NCBI RefSeq assembly: GCF_000400465.1
Contig: NW_008806274.1
Location: 90,244-122,243 of the forward strand
Direction of reading: 5' to 3'
Source of the DNA: Wallemia ichthyophaga EXF-994
Lineage: Eukaryota; Fungi; Basidiomycota
Length of the DNA: 32,000 bases
In this document: one piece after another, positions 1-8,349 of the stretch
Layout: every line of letters begins with the position of its first letter
How positions within the stretch are numbered: position 1 is the first letter of the stretch
Notes under the pieces: model-generated
Databases searched by the model: none
Seen by the model: only the letters and a program-made list of their open reading frames with translations
What the model was told of the DNA's origin: nothing
Program-made: the position numbers and the translations under genes

Positions 1-129
1 AGACACGGCGGTAAGGGCAGCAAAGGCGGCCACGGTGGATACGGTGGACTCATTCTCGAGAAAGAAGTTCCAATTAACAAGTACTCTATCGGCCAGATCT
101 TCTCTATCAGATGCTCTGACTGGTCTTAG
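1..129 (+). CDS. Probable 3' end of a gene entering from upstream; Gly-rich tail (RHGGKGSKGGHGGYGGLILEKEVPINKYSIGQIFSIRCSDWS*)
   Basis: Frame 1 is open from base 1 to TAG at 127-129, with Gly-rich GGx repeats followed by AT-rich 3'-like sequence. Too short to identify. Confidence 0.3.
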   Translation, partial: RHGGKGSKGGHGGYGGLILEKEVPINKYSIGQIFSIRCSDWS

Positions 130-600
130 AGTGGTGCATCCTGATCTTCTACAAAATTGCATGCACGGACATACAGTTTCAGTGTTATGCATCTGTGAAT
201 ATTTCTCATCTTCAAAAAGACTTAAAGATAACATATCTCAACCATAATACAAAACGCATCAAACATCGAAAAAAGTTTCAGATTAAGATACACGCATTTA
301 CCATTATAAACGCCTTCTTATGTAAGATATTTTATAAAATCTTATTCAAATAGCAAGACAATTTGAATATTGACGTGCTTTACCGCGACTCGTGAAACTC
401 AACTAGGACTGATCTCCCCTGATCGAGTTGATATGAGATATCATGAAGATTTTCTTCACTCACTAAGTCACCATGTATGTGATTAAATCAAAACTAAGAG
501 TATCATAACTGCAGCTGAGCATGGATTAATTGTTATTATATTATCATGTAGATCGTGTAGTACATTAGTCATTCTTAATCAACGTTTTTCGTTACAAGTA

Positions 601-1296
601 TTAAACTGGAACACGCTTGAATCCACTACGCTTGGTGTATCCTGCTTGACGTTTATAATGATCATTTTCGTCACGCTTTGAAGCACCTCCTGCGAGATCA
701 CTGACGATTGGAATCTGACGCTTCATTGAGCCACCGCCGAGGAGCCTGTCTTCGTCAGCCTTCTGATTGGGTTTTGCGTCACGCTTTGAAGCACCTCCTG
801 CGAGATCACTGACGATTGGAATCTGACGCTTCATTAAGCTACCGCCGAGGAGCTTGTCTTCGTCAGCCTTCCCATCTGGTGTATTTGAAGTTGGCTTCGG
901 TGCTTCTGCAGCTTCAGCTGGTTTAGCGGAAGATGGGGAGGCCTTCTTGTCATCCATGTCAACTTCAGCTGACTTGGCAGGAGATGGAGAGTCACTAGAA
1001 GTCTTCTCGTCATCCTTGGCAGCTTCTTCCTCCATGGCTTGCTTGATTTGCTTCTTAGCCTCATCTGGAATGCCAGTCTCGACTGGGCGTGCACCCGTTG
1101 AGGAAGTTTCAGCTGGAGTCTCAGCCTTGGAAGTAGCCCATGCTGGTGGTTCGCTGAGAGTTTGATTTTTTAATGATCCTTCTGGTACCTCTAGCGTCTT
1201 GTCGAGACCTTGGAGTAAATCTCCGCCTTCTCCGCTTGGCATTTGCGCTAAGACTGCAGATATGAGTGCGAGTGCGGCGTATAACTTGAGATGCAT
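601..1296 (-). CDS. Secreted Kex2-processed repeat protein (KEP-like peptide precursor), 231 aa
   Basis: Intronless ORF. Hydrophobic signal peptide MHLKLYAALALISAVLA, acidic/Pro-Ser linker, then seven KR dibasic sites delimiting two identical QIPIVSDLAGGAS peptides plus short C-terminal peptides. Confidence 0.85.
   Translation of the reverse strand: MHLKLYAALALISAVLAQMPSGEGGDLLQGLDKTLEVPEGSLKNQTLSEPPAWATSKAETPAETSSTGARPVETGIPDEAKKQIKQAMEEEAAKDDEKTSSDSPSPAKSAEVDMDDKKASPSSAKPAEAAEAPKPTSNTPDGKADEDKLLGGSLMKRQIPIVSDLAGGASKRDAKPNQKADEDRLLGGGSMKRQIPIVSDLAGGASKRDENDHYKRQAGYTKRSGFKRVPV
669..871. repeat. Coding tandem duplication with a 108-nt period (669-763 and 777-871)
   Basis: Near-identical copies of cgtcacgctttgaagcacctcctgcgagatcactgacgattggaatctgacgcttcatt...cttcgtcagccttc, offset by exactly 108 nt (36 codons). 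Confidence 0.95.
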
Positions 1297-1668
1297 CTTG
1301 AGTATGGTGTTTAAGGATGAGATACTTTATTTCAAGGAGTAATTTAATTGCTTATATTTAATCGAAAAATTTAGTTTCACCTTTTCGAGGTATGAATGTG
1401 ATCGAACGCGCACTAAATCGACAAAGGAATGCTGCTCAAATGCGAGTCAATTGTAAGCAATAAGTTGCAGCCTTAGAACAGTATAAAAGGCTAGTACGTT
1501 GTCATTAACTTGACTAACATGTTCATTTGTGAAGATGTGAGAATTTGTTGTTTTATTGATTTTTCGCATACTATTAGCAAAGCTTGTATGCACTCATAAA
1601 CAGAAATCAGATAATAGTAATCGCGTTTGTAAATTCATAAACGTCATTTACATGCAGTGTTAAATATT

Positions 1669-2448
1669 TTAGACCTTTCTGTATCCTGGTGGACTTCTCT
1701 TAACAGATGGGTTGCGTCTTTGGGCTTGCTGACTATCCTCTTGAGAGTCCATTTCTTGTTGTTGCTCCATCATTGGAGCTTCGGTTTGCTCTTGTTGATC
1801 TTCCTCTTGTGGTTGCTCCATCATTTGCTGTTCCTCAGCCTGTTCTTGAGATTGATCCATTTGTTGTTGTTCCTCAGCTGGCATCATTGATCCTTGCTCT
1901 TCTTGTGACTGTTCCTCACCTTCTTCTTGTTCTTGCTCTTGTGGCTGTTCCATCATTGGTTGCTCATCTTGTGATTGTTCCATCATTTGTGGTTGCTCAT
2001 CTTGTGCCATCTCTTGTTCTTCAGGTTGCATTTCCTCTTGTTGCATCTCCTGTTCTTCAGGCTGCATCACTTCTTCTTGCTCTTCCTGCTGCTGCATATC
2101 TTGCTCTGGATTCATTTCAGCAGTCGTAACATCGCTGCCTTCTTCATCCTTGGTGACATCAGGCTCAGCCTTTTTAGCTTCTTGAGCAGCAGCTTGAGCA
2201 GATGGCGATGCCATAGCAGAGCTGCTCGAAGATGCGGACGAGGATGTGGAAGTAGCGGTGGATGAAGGTGAAGTCATTGAGCTGGTTGATGTTGGTGTTG
2301 GTGTAACTGCAGGTGCAGCTGGGGATGCTGAGTCCATACCTGGGACCAATCCACCAAGTGCATCAGTAAGAGCGCCTAATGGACCCAATTGGGCGCTGGC
2401 TTGTGCTGCTAAAGCTGCAATGACACCGAGAGCTACGCTGAGACGCAT
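1669..2448 (-). CDS. Secreted, highly acidic Gln/Glu/Met-rich low-complexity protein (about 259 aa)
   Basis: ATG at 2448 gives signal peptide MRLSVALGVIAALAAQASA. It is followed by a Ser/Thr-rich segment (possible O-glycosylation) and a long Q/E-rich region with repeated QPEEQEM and MMEQ units. Confidence 0.8.
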   Translation of the reverse strand: MRLSVALGVIAALAAQASAQLGPLGALTDALGGLVPGMDSASPAAPAVTPTPTSTSSMTSPSSTATSTSSSASSSSSAMASPSAQAAAQEAKKAEPDVTKDEEGSDVTTAEMNPEQDMQQQEEQEEVMQPEEQEMQQEEMQPEEQEMAQDEQPQMMEQSQDEQPMMEQPQEQEQEEGEEQSQEEQGSMMPAEEQQQMDQSQEQAEEQQMMEQPQEEDQQEQTEAPMMEQQQEMDSQEDSQQAQRRNPSVKRSPPGYRKV

Positions 2449-2806
2449 CTGTGTCAACACAATATCAGTCGCGCTCTTTTATATCTTCTTTTTCACTCAC
2501 TGTTGATTAAGAGAGTTGGGTTGAAGAGATGAAGAGATAATCCCTCACTAAGCTTAATATTTGTATCTTTTTCATCTTTGGAATGTGTTAGTTTGTCTAT
2601 GAAGATAAAGCACGCAGTGGGGCATGCACTAAATTGATCGCAACCAGTCTTCTAGAAGCGTATTACTAATTATAGATTCCTTGAGAGTTATTTAGATTCG
2701 AGCCCGCTGATCACATCTCTAGACCGGGTCGTTTCAAATTTTTGCAGATCAAAGATGTAAATAAGACAAATGCAGTGCGATTCTAATGAATGAGATTCTA
2801 TGCTTT

Positions 2807-5045
2807 TTATAAGTGTTTGTAACTCCTTCCTGAAGTATTCGTGTGCCTTAAAAGTGTGATGATGGCTGATGGTGTAATGCCCTCGATACGCTTAGCAGCA
2901 CCCTTGAGCAAAGGTTAGAGATGAATATGAGCGATATCTCCACCTACTATCGACAATGGCTGCACCTTCTTCAATCTTTCGCGCACCTCGTTGGACAGTG
3001 TTGGCACGGCGTCATAATCTAACGCTGGCGATAGTGGCAATGTTTCTTCCGACATAAAAGCTCTAAGATCTGCATTTTGACGTTTGAGGTGTGGCTTGTA
3101 CATAGCTGTTGTATGGGATGTTAGTTTATTGTCGAGGGTGAGAATGAGGGAAAGTGAGACACCTACCCTCAATATTGACACGCTCGCGTAGACGTGGATC
3201 AATCTTTGCTAATGCAGGCAAATGTTGAATCATGTCGTCAACAGTAGCTCTAACATCTGTGCCTATTTTCTTGAAAGTGAGTATATCATACGCGCTCCTC
3301 GACTTTCCATCTAGATTAACCAGAATGCCTCTGTCTCTCCATTTTTCGGGCGACATTCTGAGACTTTCGAGGGTCTCTGTGACGTGGTCCATCTCCTTTT
3401 TAGCAGAGTTGAACACACTCCAACGGGACTCAGACACGGCGCCGATATTGTAACCTTTCTGCGTCAGTCTCGTGTCAGCGTTATCGGCACGTAGCGTCAT
3501 TCTGTACTCGGATCTCGCAGTGAACATTCTGTAAGGCTCTTGGGCACCGCGGGTGATAAGATCATCGACCATGACGCCAATGTATCCATCAGCGCGTGTG
3601 AGGATGAGTGGAGATTTATGATGAGCTGCCAAAGCGGCATTTATACCTGCGAGAATACCTTGCGCACCAGCTTCTTCATACCCCGTTGTGCCGTTTATCT
3701 GACCAGCTAAGAAAAGACCTTGCACACGCTTCGTTTCTAGTGTGGCACTCAATTCACGCGCATCGATGTGGTCATACTCTACACCATAACCTGGCATTAT
3801 CATTTCTGCTTTCTCTAGTCCGGGAATCGACCTTATCATTAGATTTTGCTCCTCTTCGGGAAGTGTTGTAGATATCCCGTTTGGATAGATGACATCGCTG
3901 TCGAAACCTTCAGGCTCGAGCCAAATGTTGTGTGAGTCTTTAGTGTGGAAACGAATGATTTTAGCTTCTATCGATGGACAGTAGCGGGGACCATTAATAG
4001 TCTCTCTGATGTGAAATGTTTTGTGGAGATTGTTTCTGATAATGTTGTGCGTTGTGGGGATGGTATGTGTTTGGTAGCATTGGATTTGGTTATTCTTCGT
4101 CATGTGAGATGTGTGATAGAGTGTCTTGACCAACCTACCTCCAAATGGACATTCTTGTTAAGGAAGCTGAATGGTTGGGGTGAATCGTCACCCTCCTGAA
4201 CAATCATACTTGTAAAGTCTATTGTGTGTTTTTTTAGACGCGCAGGAGTACCCGTTTTGAGTCTGCCTAAAGCAAAACCAGCTAGGCGGAGTGATTTAGA
4301 TAGACCAGAGGGGGGACTTGCGGGATCACCTTTGCGGCCAGCTTTGAAGGATTTCATACCGATATGAATTTCACCATCTAAAAAGGTGCCTGTACATAGA
4401 ACAACTTGAGAACATGGAATGACGTGACCGTTATCGAGACGAACGCCACGGACAGTACCCCAAATTTGAGAGTTTTGAGTGTTGTGAGCGTTGCGATGAT
4501 CAAAGACCAAATCATGGACAGAAGCAGCGTGTATATCTAAGTTTTCGATGGAATTGAGAGTGTTCTGCATGTTTGATTTGTAAAGGGAGCGATCAATTTG
4601 AGCACGAGGACCCTGTAAAGTGGGGGAATAAGGTTAGATAGCCGAAGATGCCGAGAATACGCCTAACTAACATAAACAGCAGGACCTTTTGACTTGTTGA
4701 GCATTTTGTACATACAACCTGAAACATCTAGGAAATTGAAGAGTTTTAGGGGTGTTGAAATGTAAAAGTGAATCACTCACCACCAATCCTACCCATTAAA
4801 CCATCTAAAGCGTCAATTTCACGTACTAAAGTGCCCTTTCCAATACCACCTAAGCTTGGATTACATGACATTACACCGATAGTATCGGGATTTTGAGTGA
4901 GTAGAGCAGTTCTAGCACCTGCCCTTGCACTTGCTGCAGCGGCTTCAGAACCGGCATGGCCACCGCCAATAACGCAGACGTCGTAAGCGGGGGGAGTGGG
5001 GAGTGTGGATAGACGTCTATATCCCACTTTCAAAAATGATTTCAT
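2807..5045 (-). CDS. MTO1: Mitochondrial tRNA U34 5-carboxymethylaminomethyl modification enzyme (GidA/MnmG family), multi-exon
   Basis: Motifs [70 protein letters not shown] and [11 protein letters not shown] across spliced exons. The last exon [15 protein letters not shown] ends at TAA 2807-2809. Confidence 0.97.
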
Positions 5046-5136
5046 AAGGAGAATAATTGAAATTTAAATTTTGATGTTTGTAGATCGTCGTCGATTAACA
5101 GGCGATTTCTTTGTTGAGCTGCAACGACCAAGAGAG

Positions 5137-8100
5137 ATGAAAGTGGGTGAATGATACAAGCGATGGAAATAAAACTTACAAAATAATTCAGATCGAGTTA
5201 CAAAGCTGGGTAGAGGCGTTGGAGAAGTACGATGCAGGCGACTATATCCACGCACTGCGCCAATTTTCAACGATGCAGAGCCGTGGACAGTCATCTAAGA
5301 TAGAGTTCAATAGGGCAGTTATACACGCTAGCCTTGGTGATCAAAAGGGTGCAACTGAGTTGTACAATTCATCACTACGCATTGACCCATACTTTGCAAT
5401 CGCCCACTTCCAATCAGGCGTTTGTAACTTTATGCGGGGCAGATATGAGCACGCGAGAAACGACTATGAAGCTAGCCAGGCGCAGCTTAGAGGGAATCCC
5501 CACATCGACTACAGTCAACTCGGCTTGGCTTACAAGTTAGAATCCGCAAATATAAACTTCAATATTGCTTTGACCTTTTACTACTCAGGCAGGCCTGATG
5601 ATGGTATAAGTCATATTCAATTAGCTAGAAATGGCGCGTCCCTCGACCAAAACAGCGTCATCGATGACTGCTTGCGTGATGAAGCTAAGGTACGCTCAAT
5701 CTCAGGCACGCGGTCTAGAACAACTAACAAATATTCATCCAGGGTTATATGCCTTACTCTGTTCAACCAGGCGTGGTTTTTAGACCTTCAGACTCTCAAA
5801 TAAAGAATCTTGAAAAGAAAGACTTCATTGGTCAGGCAAAAGTGGTTTACACTGACGATGACGGTACCAGTCCTGATATACCCCTCACTCAATCCAACAA
5901 TGACAACAAAGATGATGTTCCTCTCACTCGTAGATTACCCGGTGGTGGTGGTACTCTAAAGCGCAATCCAACTCATTGGCAGCCAAAACTACTCCGTCGT
6001 CCCACCCTTGGCTCTCGTAAACAAAGCAGCGCCGAAACAACTCCTGTGTCTTCTGGCGCTACAACTCCTGTCAATGAAAAGGGTGGCTTCTTCGGTCTCG
6101 TTAGACAGAAAACTGAACGCAGAAAGGCTCCAACTGAAGAAATGCGCACAAAGGCTGGTTTGACCCCTGATGAAGCTGCCACTGGTCCCAAGCAAGCTGC
6201 TATGCTTTCACGAGCACGCACCCTCGGTTCGGCTACTCTTGCAGAGAAGCGCTCCAAATCTGAACAAGATGTACCTTCTCAGGCCAATCAACAATCCCTT
6301 ACTGCCGCTGCTACTGCTACCACTGCTGATACTCACCCAAACAAGGGCTACACTCTGACAGATAATGGTAATAGTGATACTCCCTTTGCATCAGATACAG
6401 ACGAATCGCGTACTCCTTCACGTGCTCCTTCCCCTCCTCCTTACAATCATACACCTCAACCACATCAACCATCGAATTTGCATCACTCCCCTTCACAACC
6501 CCAGCTTGCACCTAGTAGAGCACGATTCCCAACTCGTAAAACATCACTGAGATATGTCAGTAGTAAATTCACTAAGAACGGTTCTTCAAATATACCTCGA
6601 CAGGAGATACGTAGATCGCGCTCGTTTAATGAGGGTGACGATTTTTCATTAGCTTATAATGTCTCAGATGGCAGTGAGATGCAGGCGACGAAGGCTACTC
6701 AATCGAATCAAGCTCCAACCAGGAGCAATACTCTTCTAAGCAAACTATCTGGCCGTTCAGGAGTCAATGACAGCAACATGAACATGAATCATGAACACCG
6801 TAAGGGCAAGCCACCTGCTATCAATACACTGTCCAATGTGCCAGCTGGTTGGCCACGCTCAGCTGACACAAGTCCACTCTCATTATTCCAGCAAACTCAA
6901 TCGCATAGAGCTCCCCAAATCCCTGCTCTCAGTATTGGCGATGCACTGATGCAAGCAGCAGAGCAAAAAGAAGAGCAGACAGCGGATGATGTGGTAGAGA
7001 AACCTGACCAAACAATGGAAAAAACTAGTCAGATAGAAGAATCAGAGGAATTGGAGCAAACACCAAAGCCTACTGAAAACATTGAATTGACTGTCACGCC
7101 ATCAACCCCATCACAAATGCCAGATAAGGACTTTTCAATTAAGTTTGATGAAAGGACTGACACTATGTACGATACGCAGAATGACACGTCGGTTCCATCT
7201 TCAGTGTCTGACAATTCCATGACCAATCCATCCAACGACTCTGGTGACAACAATGAGAGAGGATCACCGGTAGACGCGTTGACTACGTTGAGTGGTGGCA
7301 GTCCAAGTGCCCAAGGTGCCACAGGTGTCCATAGTGCTGCCAACGCTGGACCCTTCAAACAACCAGCACCACTTCAGGTCCAAGAAAAGCCAGCGCTGAG
7401 TCGCCAGGCTTCTGCATTGCGTAGACGCGGCACGTATGGCAAAGTACAAGAGCAGCATCAACAACAACATCAAACCCAACCAAAGCAAGGGATAGCTATC
7501 GACGTTTCTGACAAGATGCGCAAGATGGGCATAGAAGAGGGCAATGAGGAGAATGACGGGGGATTTGACTCGGCAATGATCAAGGGGATGTCGCCCGTAG
7601 AGCAGAGTTCACTGAATGCTGAGAGATTGCTTGAAAAGGGAGTGCGAGTGACGCCAGGTTCTTTGCATGCACAGACAGTGCTCGAGAGTTTGCAAGGTGT
7701 GAACGGTGCACCAATACTAACATCAATGCAACCAGCACAAGAAGTACACGGAATACCATCACCTACACCCCTACCTGCATCCACACCACCGAATGCCGCT
7801 TCTGCACCTCCACCACGGTCGCCGGAAAGCAAGTCGAGTAGATCAAATGGTTCTAGTCCACAATTGAAAGTGCGTTTTAAGATACATTACGGAGATGATG
7901 TGAGAGGGATGCTGGTTAGCAATGAGACTTCGTATGATGCCTTCTTGAATCACGTAAGTGGAGGTTAATTGATAGATAGCTGAATCTAACACTACCAAGA
8001 TACTCCGTAAGTTTGACAAAAGCGCTGGTAGCTTTAGAGTTCGATTCAAGGACGAAGATGGCGTTAAAATCACCGTTCAGGATCACTCTGATTTGGAACT

Positions 8101-8176
8101 TGCTATTGATACTGCGAGATTGCACGGTAATGGACGCAGTGACGGAAAATTAGATATTTGGTGCGAGGATTTGTAG
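5137..8176 (+). CDS. noxR: NADPH oxidase regulator NoxR/p67phox-like, copy 1 (TPR domain, long disordered linker, C-terminal PB1; about 963 aa)
   Basis: Exons 5137-5142, 5192-5689, 5743-7953, 8000-8176. IELQSWVEALEKYD...DPYFAIAHFQSGV...LRGNPHIDYSQLGL, activation-like motif DFIGQAKVV, PB1 VRFKIHYGDDVRGM...FKDEDGVKITVQDHSDLELAI. Confidence 0.9.
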
Positions 8177-8349
8177 GGCTTACACTGGACACTGGCTGTA
8201 CAGGTACTGGACTTATAAATTTTCATTCTTTTATAACATGACAATATTTTTAAAACAAGTCGATCGGATGTCGCCACATTCGAGGGTCGCTATCGCGTGA
8301 GGAAGGGGTGTTCCTGGGATAGGCCTAGACAGGTTTAAATTAAACGACG

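Noticed and set aside
669-871. Direct repeats as a CRISPR array or LTR
   Set aside because: There are only two copies, the period is a multiple of 3, they lie inside a coding frame, and the context is eukaryotic with no cas or retroelement genes.
1657-2506. Plus-strand hydrophobic ORFs (1707-2129, 1975-2265 and others) resembling membrane proteins
   Set aside because: They are antisense shadows of the CAA/GAA-rich minus-strand gene.
601-5045. A RiPP (dikaritin) biosynthetic cluster around the KEP-like gene
   Set aside because: No DUF3328 oxidase, tyrosinase, P450 or transporter lies downstream, and the neighbour is housekeeping MTO1. Sequence upstream of base 1 cannot be seen.
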